Assembly (NCBI GenBank): GCA_051878915.1
Contig: JBJELA010000318.1
Location: 1 to 34,032, forward strand
Source: Candidatus Weimeria sp.
GTDB lineage: Bacteria; Bacillota; Clostridia; Lachnospirales; Lachnospiraceae
Reading direction: 5' to 3'
DNA: 34,032 nt
The notes below the pieces were generated by a model that was not told the origin of the DNA, ran no database searches, and was given only the letters and a program-made list of their open reading frames with translations. The translations under genes and the position numbers were made by a program. Shown piece by piece: positions 7,575 through 17,522 of the stretch (within the stretch, counting starts at the first letter, position 1; each line of letters opens with the position of its first letter).

Positions 7575-9590
7575 ATGCCAGCAAAAAATAATTCACAGGA
7601 TAATAACCAGCTTTTACAGGTACGCAGGGATAAGCTGAAGGAGCTTCAGGCAGCAGGCCGCGATCCGTTCAGGATCACGAAGTACGACCAGACTCACCAC
7701 ACGACAGATATCAGAGAGCATTTTGACGAGCTCGAATTTCATCCGCCTGTAGATGAGGAGGGAAAGACACAGGTAGTTCCAATAGAGGACATCCCTGAAG
7801 GTAAATTAGTTTCTATCGCCGGACGTATGATGTTCAAGCGTGTCATGGGTAAGGCTTCATTCGCGAATATCCGCGACCTGAAGGGCGATATGCAGATCTA
7901 TGTCACCAGGAACGATTTAGGAGACGATGAATACGCTTACTTCAAAAAGTATGATGTCGGTGACATCCTCGGCGTAAAGGGCTTTGTCTTCAAGACAAAG
8001 ACAGGCGAGATCTCAGTTCATGCGAAGGAAGTAACCCTCCTTTCAAAGAGCCTTCAGATCCTTCCTGAAAAATTCCACGGCCTGACAGATACAGATGTCA
8101 GATACCGTCAGAGATACCTGGATCTGATCATGAATCCGGAGGTAAAGGAGACTTTTGTCAAGAGATCGAAGATCATCGCAGAGATCAGAAGCTTCCTCGC
8201 AGGCAGGAACTTCATGGAGGTCGAGACACCTATGCTCGTTCACAACGCGGGCGGTGCCGCTGCGAGACCTTTCGAGACACACTACAATTCCCTCGATGAG
8301 GACGTTAAGCTTCGTATTTCTCTCGAGCTTTATCTGAAGAGACTTATCGTCGGCGGACTTGAGAGAGTCTACGAGATCGGCCGTGTATTCAGAAACGAGG
8401 GCGTTGATACAAAGCACAATCCTGAGTTTACTCTGATGGAGCTCTATCAGGCTTACACGGATTACAACGGTATGATGGAGCTTACAGAGAGCATGTTCCG
8501 TGACCTCGCAGAGAAGGTCTGCGGCGGAACAAAGATCTACTATGGAAATAAAGAGGACGGAACCGGCGTAGAGATCGATCTTGGAAAGCCTTTCAGAAGA
8601 CTTACCATGGTAGATGCCATCAAGGAGCAGACAGGCATAGATTTTGACGCTGTCGCTTCTGATGAGGAAGCAAAGAAAATCGCCGACGAGCATCACATCG
8701 CGTATGAGCCGCATCACAAGAAGGGCGACATCGTAAACCTCTTCTTCGACGAGTTCTGTGAGGCAAAGATGATCCAGCCTACCTTCATCATGGATCACCC
8801 GATTGAGATCTCGCCTCTTACCAAGAAAAAGCCGGACGATCCTTCAAAAGTTGAGCGTTTCGAGCTCTACATCAACGGCTGGGAGATGTGCAACGCTTAC
8901 TCCGAGCTGAACGATCCTATCGATCAGCGTGAGCGTTTCGCCGAGCAGGACAAGCTCGCGGCAGCAGGCGATGAGGAAGCCAACCACACAGACGAGGACT
9001 TCCTGAACGCCATGGAAGTCGGCATGCCTCCAACAGGCGGCATCGGTTATGGAATTGACAGGCTTTGCATGCTGCTCACAAACAGCGAGGCCATCAGGGA
9101 TGTGATACTGTTCCCTACACTCAAGTCACTCGAAGCAGATGACACTAAAGTACGTGCGGGGAACGGAAGTTCTTCAGAGGACAATACAGGGTTCTTTACA
9201 CCGAACTCAAAGATAGATTTTTCAGGTGTGAAGGTCGAGGATTTCCTTCAGGACGATGTCGATTTTGACACGTTCTGCAAGTCGGATTTCAGGGCAGTGA
9301 AGGTCAAGAACTGTGTTGCAGTTCCCAAGAGCAAGAAACTTTTACAGTTCACGCTCGATGACGGTACAGGCTCTGAACGCACCATTTTAAGCGGGATTCA
9401 CAAGTATTACGAACCGGAAGAACTCGTCGGCAAGACCTTACTTGCGATAGTAAATCTGCCGCCGAGGAAGATGATGGGGATCGACAGCTGTGGAATGATC
9501 ATCTCGGCAGTCGATGAGCGGAACGGAGAAGAAGAACTCCATGTAGTGATGCTCGACAACCACATCCCGGCAGGAGCTAAGATGTGCTAA
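7575..9590 (+). CDS. lysS: Lysine--tRNA ligase (class II) with C-terminal OB-fold tRNA-binding domain
   Basis: [34 protein letters not shown] motifs; extra MetRS-C/Trbp111-like domain ([26 protein letters not shown]). Confidence 0.97.
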   Translation: MPAKNNSQDNNQLLQVRRDKLKELQAAGRDPFRITKYDQTHHTTDIREHFDELEFHPPVDEEGKTQVVPIEDIPEGKLVSIAGRMMFKRVMGKASFANIRDLKGDMQIYVTRNDLGDDEYAYFKKYDVGDILGVKGFVFKTKTGEISVHAKEVTLLSKSLQILPEKFHGLTDTDVRYRQRYLDLIMNPEVKETFVKRSKIIAEIRSFLAGRNFMEVETPMLVHNAGGAAARPFETHYNSLDEDVKLRISLELYLKRLIVGGLERVYEIGRVFRNEGVDTKHNPEFTLMELYQAYTDYNGMMELTESMFRDLAEKVCGGTKIYYGNKEDGTGVEIDLGKPFRRLTMVDAIKEQTGIDFDAVASDEEAKKIADEHHIAYEPHHKKGDIVNLFFDEFCEAKMIQPTFIMDHPIEISPLTKKKPDDPSKVERFELYINGWEMCNAYSELNDPIDQRERFAEQDKLAAAGDEEANHTDEDFLNAMEVGMPPTGGIGYGIDRLCMLLTNSEAIRDVILFPTLKSLEADDTKVRAGNGSSSEDNTGFFTPNSKIDFSGVKVEDFLQDDVDFDTFCKSDFRAVKVKNCVAVPKSKKLLQFTLDDGTGSERTILSGIHKYYEPEELVGKTLLAIVNLPPRKMMGIDSCGMIISAVDERNGEEELHVVMLDNHIPAGAKMC

Positions 9591-9609
9591 ATAATGTTAT
9601 TATAAAATT

Positions 9610-9696
9610 ATAGGTCTGACCTATTTTTGCTCGAATATGAGTTCAGAAATAGGGTTCTGACCAATATCTGACTTATATTTGCAGAGAATAGTCAGA
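9610..9696. repeat. TCTGACY repeats, candidate integrase arm-type sites
   Basis: TCTGACCTAT 9615, TCTGACCAAT 9656, TCTGACTTAT 9667, inverted ATAGTCAGA 9688; palindrome ATAGGTC-T-GACCTAT at 9610-9624. Confidence 0.55.
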
Positions 9697-9768
9697 GAAG
9701 GACAGAACAGGACAGGCTCACTTGAAAATTTTTATAGGAAGAAAGTTAGGATTCGGACAAGAAATCAG

Positions 9769-9844
9769 GACACCTTCTCTATAAGTATTATGTCAGTTTT
9801 TAATTAAACCGATCATTAATATTTACAGAGAAGGTGTCTTTTTT
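9769..9844 (+). terminator. Long hairpin followed by a T tract
   Basis: GACACCTTCTCTATAAGTATTA pairs with TAATATTTACAGAGAAGGTGTC, followed by T6. Confidence 0.6.
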
Positions 9845-9917
9845 AGTTGCATGACTCTGTAGCGGATCAAAGCGGAGCTCTCATACATCTGATGATTTTA
9901 CAGAAGGGATAATTTTT

Positions 9918-10226
9918 ATGGAAGAGAAATATAACGATATTGATTCGGTACAGGGTATTAAGGAAGATATCAGAAGGCTGAGAAAGAAATTTCTGACGTA
10001 TAAGGAAGCAGAGCTTGTTTACAGTATGCAGCATAAGAAGCTCATGAATCTGGCTGACAGAGCCGGTGCGATATATAGAATGGAAGGAACCGTACTTATC
10101 AACAGAGATATATTTGATGTGTTTCTGGAGAATTTCCATCAAGCACCAATGACAAACAATAAGGCCAAGCACCCGAAGAATAGATATGTACGTAAGAAAG
10201 AGAAAGCGGAAAGCGAGGAAGCATAA
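9918..10226 (+). CDS. Excisionase-like HTH protein (DUF6462-like)
   Basis: KKFLTYKEAELVYSM..KLMNLADRAGAIYR..VLINRDIFDVFLE pattern. Confidence 0.7.
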   Translation: MEEKYNDIDSVQGIKEDIRRLRKKFLTYKEAELVYSMQHKKLMNLADRAGAIYRMEGTVLINRDIFDVFLENFHQAPMTNNKAKHPKNRYVRKKEKAESEEA

Positions 10227-10462
10227 TGAGTGGAAATATATGGAAGTTTTCAGACCAGATTGATGATGCTGACCTTGATTTTGCCAGGAAAGAGTTCATT
10301 ACATACAGAGAAGGGGTCGAATACTACGGTCTCTCAGAGAAACAGATGGTAACTAGAGCAAGGGCGGCTGGCGCAGTATATAAGATTGATACAAAGATGG
10401 TAAGGATAAAGAGAAGCATCTTTGAGGAATATCTAAGGAATGAGTACAGGAGGAAGGATTGA
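10226..10462 (+). CDS. Second excisionase-like HTH protein (DUF6462-like)
   Basis: [37 protein letters not shown]; paralogous to the upstream ORF. Confidence 0.7.
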   Translation: MSGNIWKFSDQIDDADLDFARKEFITYREGVEYYGLSEKQMVTRARAAGAVYKIDTKMVRIKRSIFEEYLRNEYRRKD

Positions 10463-11247
10463 TGTGCAGAGTAATAGCATTGGCAAATCAGAAAGGCGGT
10501 GTAGGGAAGACAACTACTTCGCTCAATCTGGCGGCAGGACTTGCTTCTTCGGGTGAGAAGGTTCTGATGATTGACCTGGATCCCCAGGCATCTCTCACTA
10601 TAAGCGCAGGATTTCAGGAACCTGATGCAATAAAAGATACAGTCAAGGATGTACTGATGATGGTGATAAATGATGATGAAATTCCTGATAGATTCGGCAT
10701 TCAGCATATCAGGGAGAATCTTGATCTGCTTCCATCTAATATAGATCTGTCAGCATCCGAGGTGTCTCTGATCAATGTAATGAGCAGGGAAATGATCCTT
10801 AAGAATTATCTGGAATTTGTAAGAGCCTCCTATGACTATATCATCATTGACTGTATGCCGTCATTGGGTGTACTGACGTTAAATGCTCTGACAGGAGCCG
10901 ACAGTGTGCTGATACCTGTTCAGGCAGCGTATCTTCCTATAAAAGGATTACAGCAGTTGATAAAGACAATATACACGGTGAAGCGCAGACTGAACCACAA
11001 GTTGGATATAGAGGGAATACTATTTACGATGGTAGACCGCAGAACAAATTATGCAAAGGAGATTGTAAGGACTGTTACTGATTCTTATGGAAAGACCATC
11101 CCAGTATTTCAGATAGAAATTCCTTTATCAGTAAGAGCTGCGGAGACAAGCCAAATGGCAGAGACTATATATGACTATGATCCAAAAGGAAAGGCTGCTG
11201 TCGCATACAAAGAACTGACACAGGAGGTAATGAGCTATGGCTGCTAA
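10462..11247 (+). CDS. parA: ParA/Soj family ATPase
   Basis: [24 protein letters not shown] motifs. Confidence 0.95.
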   Translation: MCRVIALANQKGGVGKTTTSLNLAAGLASSGEKVLMIDLDPQASLTISAGFQEPDAIKDTVKDVLMMVINDDEIPDRFGIQHIRENLDLLPSNIDLSASEVSLINVMSREMILKNYLEFVRASYDYIIIDCMPSLGVLTLNALTGADSVLIPVQAAYLPIKGLQQLIKTIYTVKRRLNHKLDIEGILFTMVDRRTNYAKEIVRTVTDSYGKTIPVFQIEIPLSVRAAETSQMAETIYDYDPKGKAAVAYKELTQEVMSYGC

Positions 11248-12175
11248 GAAGAGACCACCAGTACATCTTGAATCACTTAATGAACTGCTCGGAGTGCCTG
11301 ATGTGGTGGAAGGACAGACTGAGATCAGGATAGATATGATCGACCCTTTCAAGAATCATCCGTTCAAAGTGCTTGACAATGATGATATGAATGATCTAGT
11401 AGATAGTATTAAACAGAATGGAGTTCTTGTACCAGTCACGGTCAGAACCAATCCTGATGATGATTCAAGATATGAGATGATTTCCGGTCACAGGAGAATG
11501 CACGCGGCAACACTCGCAGGACTCAGGACAATACCTGCTATCATCAAGGAAATGTCTGATGATGAAGCTACTATTGCTATGGTAGATTCAAATATGCAGA
11601 GAGAAGAAATATTGCCAAGTGAAAGAGCATATTCATTGAAAATGAAAATGGATGCGCTTATAAGACAAGGAAAAAGGTCTGATTTAACTTGTGGACTTGA
11701 AGTCCACAAGTTAGAAGATGCACAGGAAAAGAAGACAAGAGAAAAAATTGGCAAGGAAGTAGGTATGGGAGGCCGACAAGTTCAGAGATATTTAAGGCTG
11801 ACGGAATTAATACCAGAGTTGCTTAAACTTGTTGACGAGAAAAGGTTGGCTATTTTTCTGGCTGTAGATATCTCGTATTTCTCAAAGGAAGTACAACAGT
11901 GGATTTACGAATACTGCACCGAGAATGGTATGGTTCGTCAGTCGCAGATTGATGCACTGAAGGCCAGAGGCACAGACAATCTTGATCAGCATCAGTTGAT
12001 ATTTACACTGAATAATGCCCTGCCACAGAAGAAGGAATTCGGGAAGCTGACCTTATCAAAGGGGAAGCTCGATCAGTTTTTTCCGAAGACAGTAACCAAT
12101 GACCAGAGAGAAGAAATCATTTTAGGACTGCTAGAGAAATGGAGTGAGGAACAGCATGCAAAAGGTAACTTTTGA
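11237..12175 (+). CDS. parB: ParB family partition protein
   Basis: [23 protein letters not shown] motifs plus HTH (RQVQRYLRL). Confidence 0.93.
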   Translation: MAAKKRPPVHLESLNELLGVPDVVEGQTEIRIDMIDPFKNHPFKVLDNDDMNDLVDSIKQNGVLVPVTVRTNPDDDSRYEMISGHRRMHAATLAGLRTIPAIIKEMSDDEATIAMVDSNMQREEILPSERAYSLKMKMDALIRQGKRSDLTCGLEVHKLEDAQEKKTREKIGKEVGMGGRQVQRYLRLTELIPELLKLVDEKRLAIFLAVDISYFSKEVQQWIYEYCTENGMVRQSQIDALKARGTDNLDQHQLIFTLNNALPQKKEFGKLTLSKGKLDQFFPKTVTNDQREEIILGLLEKWSEEQHAKGNF

Positions 12176-12566
12176 TTATTTCACAATCGACAACTATGAC
12201 CAGTACAGTTTTTTACGGATACCGAAGAGACTGATGACAGACGATTATTATTCAGGCATATCAATCCAGGCGAAGCTCTTATACGGGCTTCTTCTGGACA
12301 GGATGGAGCAGACAGAGAAGAATGACTGGTATGATGAAGAAAACAGGGCTTATGTCATCTATCCGCTTGATGAGATGGCCGGAGATCTCGGAGTGTCAAA
12401 GAGAAAGATTTCAGATTGTATGAATGAGCTTGAAGATGTAGACCTTGCAGAGAGAGTCCAGAGAGGAAGGGGAATTCCGAACATTATCTATGTGAAGAAG
12501 TTCATCCCTGATGAAGGAGCGTGTCTGCCGGGATCGCACGTTGCGCCGTTCAGAGTAGCACGATAG
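12156..12566 (+). CDS. RepA_N domain protein (short)
   Basis: FLRIPKRL, AKLLYGLLLDR, W.DE.NR.YVIY, IIYVKKF motifs. Confidence 0.85.
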   Translation: MQKVTFDYFTIDNYDQYSFLRIPKRLMTDDYYSGISIQAKLLYGLLLDRMEQTEKNDWYDEENRAYVIYPLDEMAGDLGVSKRKISDCMNELEDVDLAERVQRGRGIPNIIYVKKFIPDEGACLPGSHVAPFRVAR

Positions 12567-12578
12567 GAGGAATGACCA

Positions 12579-13556
12579 ATGGCGATTACATTTGATTATT
12601 TCCACGGCGACGAGTCAAATATGCATGCCTTTGTCAGAGTGCCAAAGGCTCTTATTACGGAACCTGCATTTGAATCTCTTGACAATGATGACAGGCTGGC
12701 CTATGCAATAATGCTCGACAGGGTATCTCTTTCTATCAAGAATAACTGGATAGATGCCAAAAAACGCGTGTTTATCTACTTTTCAATAGAGGATGCATGC
12801 AATGAGCTGAACATAGGCAAGACCAAGGTACAGAAGATATTTCGGAAGCTGGATATTGATACCGGTGTCGGTCTGATAGAGCGTGTCAACCAGGGACAGG
12901 GCAAACCGGCTCTGATCTATGTGAAAAACTTCTTCGTTGACGGTGTGGGCTGTGTGGATAACTCTGAAAAAAGTGGCTCTGACTGTTGCAAAACGGCAGT
13001 CAAGACTATCGCAAATCAGCATCCTAGACTACCGCAGAACGGCATCCTAGACTACCGCGAAACGGCATCTAATAATACTAAAGAGAATAATACTGAGTTA
13101 ATAAAATCAAATCCTATCTCTTCTGCTACGCAGTATGATGGGATGGGAAAAGATGCGAACGTTCAGAGCGATTATGAAGTTTATGAATCGCTTGTGAAGA
13201 AGAATATCGAGTATGACTATCTTGTCACCAGCGATCAGTACAAGTATGACAAGGAGACTATTGACGGCATAGTAGATCTGATGACAGGCATCATGACCAC
13301 AAAGAGACAGTACATCGTGATCTGCGGAGATACAAAGCCGCGGGATGTGGTGAAGTCTCAGCTCATGAAACTGAACCAGTTCCATATCGGGTATGTGGTT
13401 GACTGTCTCAAGAAAAACGACACAAAGGTAAAGAACATGAAGCAGTATATGCTGGCAGCACTCTACAATGCGCCTATAACGATGGACAGTTATTATGACA
13501 ATTGGGTAAACAGTGATAAGCGTGTACTTGCAGAACAGAAGGCCTCAGGATTCTGA
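12579..13556 (+). CDS. RepA_N replication initiator with DUF6017-like C-terminus
   Basis: FVRVPKAL, MLDRVSLSIKNNWID, QGQGKP.LIYVKNF; C-terminal KVKNMKQYMLAALYNAP; AGGAGG RBS. Confidence 0.88.
   Translation: MAITFDYFHGDESNMHAFVRVPKALITEPAFESLDNDDRLAYAIMLDRVSLSIKNNWIDAKKRVFIYFSIEDACNELNIGKTKVQKIFRKLDIDTGVGLIERVNQGQGKPALIYVKNFFVDGVGCVDNSEKSGSDCCKTAVKTIANQHPRLPQNGILDYRETASNNTKENNTELIKSNPISSATQYDGMGKDANVQSDYEVYESLVKKNIEYDYLVTSDQYKYDKETIDGIVDLMTGIMTTKRQYIVICGDTKPRDVVKSQLMKLNQFHIGYVVDCLKKNDTKVKNMKQYMLAALYNAPITMDSYYDNWVNSDKRVLAEQKASGF
12981..13072 (+). repeat. Four 23-bp iterons inside repA (putative oriV)
   Basis: GACTGTTGCAAAACGGCAGTCAA / GACTATCGCAAATCAGCATCCTA / GACTACCGCAGAACGGCATCCTA / GACTACCGCGAAACGGCATCTAA, followed by AT-rich AATAATACT repeats. 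Confidence 0.8.
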
Positions 13557-13575
13557 GAAGTGAAAGGAGAACTTT

Positions 13576-14241
13576 ATGGCAACAGTAATATTCACAATCA
13601 TTGAGTTAGCGATTTCGGTCGGTATTGTAGTGGCAGCTTGTGTCTTTACGGCACTGGCAAGATTCATGCCATACGTGACAGGACTTTTTGCAAGTGTTCT
13701 GTTATATTTCACTCAGGACTGGACGAAGAAGATGGTACCTGGCCATCCGTGGATGAACTTCATCACGGTTCTTGTAGCGACAGAGCTGATAGTACTTGCA
13801 TTCACCCATCTTCCAAAAGTCGGGAAAGCTGTGACATTTGCACTATCAGAGCTGTTCATAGCGATCATAGGCGGGATGATATTCATGTCATTAAAGCCTG
13901 ATAGCGTAGGCTACTGTGTATTCACAACGGCCGTATATGCAGCTCTTACAGCATTTTTCCTGATAACGAACATCAGCAGGTATGACCTTGATGATTATGA
14001 TTTTGATGAGCTGGGAGTCGCGACAAGGATAATAACCGGTGCCATCTATACAGCCTCAGCGTATTTCGTTATAGCAATGCCAGCAGAGATCCTGTGGAAA
14101 AAATATTTAGAGACAGTTGGAACCACAGGTGGATTCGGAGCTGCCTACCTGCTGATAAGGATAGCTCTTTTTATAACGGCAGGACTTGTGGTGACAATCT
14201 CGATAATCAGGAACAAGGACACGATAGATGTGCTGGCATAA
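13576..14241 (+). CDS. Multi-pass membrane protein of unknown function
   Basis: 221 aa with about seven hydrophobic segments; AAAGGAG RBS. Confidence 0.75.
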   Translation: MATVIFTIIELAISVGIVVAACVFTALARFMPYVTGLFASVLLYFTQDWTKKMVPGHPWMNFITVLVATELIVLAFTHLPKVGKAVTFALSELFIAIIGGMIFMSLKPDSVGYCVFTTAVYAALTAFFLITNISRYDLDDYDFDELGVATRIITGAIYTASAYFVIAMPAEILWKKYLETVGTTGGFGAAYLLIRIALFITAGLVVTISIIRNKDTIDVLA

Positions 14242-14253
14242 AAGGAGATGACT

Positions 14254-14990
14254 ATGACCAGATAGTAGTAATGTGATGTAGAAAAGTACTCGTTACAAAT
14301 GATGATGGGATAGGATCAGATGACATTGTAAGACTTGCGGAAGAAGCAAAGAACTTTGGAGAAGTATGGGTGGTTGCACCTGACAGCCAGAGAAGCGCAA
14401 ACTCACACAGTATGACGGTTCATACCCGGTTTGAAGCGTGGGAGTATGACTTTCCTGTAGATGGAGTCAGGGCATTTGCCTGCAACGGGACTCCGGCAGA
14501 CTGCGTGAGAGTCGGAATCCTGAAACTTATACCGGGAGGACCGGATTATGTGTTTTCAGGAATAAACTACGGATATAATATTGCATCTGATATCCAGTAT
14601 TCGGCAACAGTCGGAGCTGCGCTTGAGGGAGCATTCATGGGAGTGCAGTCTATCGCTTTTTCAAGATATAATGTAGAAGAGCATGAAGTTACTGACCACT
14701 ATCTGCATGAACTGATGGCTGAATATATGGAAAAGCCTCTTGGGAGCCGTCAGATATGGAATATAAATTTTCCCGGATGTAAACTGAATGAATGCAAGGG
14801 AATCATGAGAGACTGCGTTATATCACAGGATATGATGTACGATGAAGATTATTCGGTAAAGGAATCGGAAAATGGGCATCAGATATTTGAAACAGCTTCA
14901 GTAAGAACCTGGGTTGGAAGTCCGGGAACAGATCTGTATGCGGTCACGCATAACTATGTCTCTATAGGTGTTGTCAATAATTATCAATGA
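14254..14990 (+). pseudogene. surE: 5'/3'-nucleotidase SurE with disrupted N-terminus
   Basis: RKVLVTNDDG (from 14280), VVAP, GTPADCV, SGINYG.N, YSATVGAA are present, but an in-frame TGA at 14274 leaves no usable start before the catalytic NDD. Confidence 0.75.
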
Positions 14991-15020
14991 TTACAAGATT
15001 ATAATAATATCGTGTAACTT

Positions 15021-15100
15021 TTTGGGCCCATTCATGCCCGGATTTGCCTGAATTTGCCCTATTATGCCCAAATTTGCCCGGATATGCATTGATTATGCCT
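15021..15100 (+). repeat. About eight 10-bp-period TGCC repeats upstream of the conjugation region
   Basis: TTCATGCCCG GATTTGCCTG AATTTGCCCT ATTATGCCCA AATTTGCCCG GATATGCATT GATTATGCCT; TATAAT at 15119. Confidence 0.8.
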
Positions 15101-15187
15101 TCAACCTCTGATAACATGTATAATGTCGAAAGTTGAAAAGTCCTGCAGGTAGAGACAGACGACAGAACAAAAGAATAACTACTAACG

Positions 15188-15233
15188 AAGCGTCAGGCTT
15201 CCGGTGATGAACCGGAGACCCGGCGCTTTTCTT
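15188..15233 (+). terminator. Leader hairpin with T tract
   Basis: AAGCGTCAGG-CTTCCGGT-GATGA-ACCGGAG-A-CCCGGCGCTT followed by TTCTT, just before an RBS. Confidence 0.55.
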
Positions 15234-15256
15234 ATCTCACGAAAAGGAGAGACAGA

Positions 15257-16351
15257 ATGGATTTTGAAACATTCCAGAAGGCATTCGCTCAGGATGTCGA
15301 AGAGAAGATGAATGACAGAGGCTACGATGTTACTGCCACGGTAAAAGAAGCTGAACTGCCTAATGGTGGATATACAGCGCTGAATGTGACAGAAAAGGAC
15401 GGCCTTATCGGAATGAATATCAACCTTGATGAGAGATATCAGGATTTCAAAGATGGCGCAGATTACGGGATCATGACACGTATTGCTGCTGATGAGCTTG
15501 AGGAAGGCTTCAACATGCTCGACAGGGCAGAGATGGCATCACTGTCTACCGACTATAATGCGGTTAAGGATAAGCTTTCACTCGAAGTCATCTCAACAGA
15601 GAAGAATAAGGAGCTGCTTGAGACCGTGCCTCATGAGCAGATGGAAGATATGTCAGTAGTCTACAGGGTAAGGCTTTCAGAAAAAGAGAACCAGCTCGAC
15701 AGTATCCTTGTCACAAACAGCATGCTTGAAAACTACGGCATCACGGCTGATCAGCTTAAGGCAGACGCACTTGAGAATGCTCCGAAGGTATTCCCGGTTG
15801 AGGTCAAGGGCATGACTGAGGTGCTTGCTGATTCGATGGGTATGACACCGGAAGAGCTCAGCGGCGGTCAGCCTGAGATCATGTATGTGGCATCGGTTGA
15901 GAGCAGGGTGAAGGGAGCAGGAGTGCTTGCATATCCTGATTTTCTTGAGGATGCAGCTGAGAAGCTCGGAGGTGACTTCTATGTGCTTCCGTCATCGATC
16001 CACGAGATCATTCTCGTAAAGGATGAGGGCCAGTTCTCATCGAAGGAACTTGAGGACATGGTGATCGATGTGAATGCATCTGTAGTAAATCCGAAAGATC
16101 AGCTGACAGACACGGCTTATCACTATGACAGCAAGGATCATATCTTTGAGAAAGCTGATAAGTTCGAGCAGAGGATGACGGAGAAGGCAGCCCAGAAGAA
16201 TGCAGAGAAGATTGCTGCAAGAAAGTCTGAGAGGGTGTCTGAGAAGGATTCACTCCGTGACAGCCTGAAGGACAAGAAGTCGAAGGTAAAGCAGAAAGAG
16301 GCAAAGGCTTCTGATGTGGTGAAGAAGAACCGCGGAGGAGAGACCAGATGA
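15257..16351 (+). CDS. DUF5688-like ICE protein
   Basis: GA.VLAYP, GGDFYVLPSSIHEIILV, MV.DVN, Y.YD motifs. Confidence 0.75.
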   Translation: MDFETFQKAFAQDVEEKMNDRGYDVTATVKEAELPNGGYTALNVTEKDGLIGMNINLDERYQDFKDGADYGIMTRIAADELEEGFNMLDRAEMASLSTDYNAVKDKLSLEVISTEKNKELLETVPHEQMEDMSVVYRVRLSEKENQLDSILVTNSMLENYGITADQLKADALENAPKVFPVEVKGMTEVLADSMGMTPEELSGGQPEIMYVASVESRVKGAGVLAYPDFLEDAAEKLGGDFYVLPSSIHEIILVKDEGQFSSKELEDMVIDVNASVVNPKDQLTDTAYHYDSKDHIFEKADKFEQRMTEKAAQKNAEKIAARKSERVSEKDSLRDSLKDKKSKVKQKEAKASDVVKKNRGGETR

Positions 16352-16605
16352 TAGTACCTGTAAGGAAGGAGCACAGAAGTGCAAGCGAGAGATCGATCAC
16401 TAAAGTACCGTCTGGTCCTGTATCTCCGGTGGGGAATATTTCACCGCAGAACTGCTGCTCGCCGTGCCCGTATGGGCATGGCAGGAGCTTCTGCTTCCCA
16501 TGCTATAAGAAGATAATGACAGAGCACTACGGTAGAAAGAAAGACAAGGGACTCGTTGACAGAAAATACGATAAGGAGACAGCAGTTTATGGCAGCACCA
16601 TTTAA
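16348..16605 (+). CDS. Small Cys-rich (CxxC...CxxC) protein
   Basis: CCSPCPY..RSFCFPCYK; GGAGG RBS and ATGA overlap with the upstream gene. Confidence 0.55.
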   Translation: MIVPVRKEHRSASERSITKVPSGPVSPVGNISPQNCCSPCPYGHGRSFCFPCYKKIMTEHYGRKKDKGLVDRKYDKETAVYGSTI

Positions 16606-17014
16606 CATAAGGATTGACCTTGATCCGGTCACAGATGGGATCATTCAGGAGAGAAAGATAATTCCTTTTGCAGGAGACATCAGAGAGGACAGGAATGACG
16701 TGATCATTGGTACTAACGGTGAGATGAAGATCATCACACACGATGAAGCCCTTCAGATATTCGGAAGGATGGGTGATAATCACAGGTCACTGTTCCTGGG
16801 AGACCAGGAGTATATCGCTTTCTTTAATCCTGAGAAGACCTTTGAAGTTGACGGCTCAGACTATCTGGCAGGTTCGGCTCTCGTGATGAAGGTAGACGGA
16901 TATGATTTCGTGCCGATGACTGAGGATGACATTGATGATGCAGTTTCTTATTTTGAAGAGAGGCTTGGCATCTTCAAAGCAGGAGATCTTAAATTCGCAG
17001 CTCTTATGATCTGA
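16589..17014 (+). CDS. Hypothetical ICE protein
   Basis: AAGGAG RBS before ATG 16589; acidic globular ORF. Confidence 0.65.
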   Translation: MAAPFNIRIDLDPVTDGIIQERKIIPFAGDIREDRNDVIIGTNGEMKIITHDEALQIFGRMGDNHRSLFLGDQEYIAFFNPEKTFEVDGSDYLAGSALVMKVDGYDFVPMTEDDIDDAVSYFEERLGIFKAGDLKFAALMI

Positions 17015-17027
17015 AAGAGGTTTCATT

Positions 17028-17513
17028 ATGATGAATGAGGAAGTTGCAAGGGAAGCAAAGGATAAAGGCGTCAACGCCGGGAAGCAGACCGTATCATTCG
17101 TTTTCAGAATGATAGGTCAGCTTACGCAACGCCGCCTGATGAAGAAGATGGCAGCTGCCCGTGGCGGCCTCGGTAAGCATGGCAAGATGTCTGTAAAGAA
17201 ACTGCTCCGACAGGATCAGACCGTTTCACGAATAAATATTGATGAGGCGGGGCTTAGAGATTTCAAGAAACTTGCCAAATCCTATGGCATAGACTTTGCG
17301 ATAGTGGAGAGCAGGCATAAGGAACCTCCAGAATACACCTGCTTCTTTAAGGCAAAGGACAGAGAGGCAATCGACAATCTTCTCGAAGACTATATGGAGA
17401 GAAATCTTCATAAGAAAAAGAGTGTTGTCGCAAAGATCAAGGACAAGCTGAAGAAGATAGCAAAGTCTCCACATAAGGCAAAAGAAAAGTTCAAGGAAAA
17501 TGATACACGGTGA
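17028..17513 (+). CDS. PcfB/DUF3801 family protein
   Basis: GKMSVKKL, AKSYGIDFAI, FFKAKD motifs; directly upstream of virD4. Confidence 0.85.
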   Translation: MMNEEVAREAKDKGVNAGKQTVSFVFRMIGQLTQRRLMKKMAAARGGLGKHGKMSVKKLLRQDQTVSRINIDEAGLRDFKKLAKSYGIDFAIVESRHKEPPEYTCFFKAKDREAIDNLLEDYMERNLHKKKSVVAKIKDKLKKIAKSPHKAKEKFKENDTR

Positions 17514-17522
17514 GGGAATAAA

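Noticed and set aside
8043-8798. 251-aa antisense ORF in lysS and similar antisense ORFs elsewhere
   Set aside because: Shadow frames of strongly codon-biased genes, with no motifs or RBS.
14271-14279. Selenocysteine or programmed UGA read-through in surE
   Set aside because: The UGA would be codon 2, no SECIS-like hairpin is evident, that ATG is far from the RBS, and a 20-bp insertion explains the sequence more simply.
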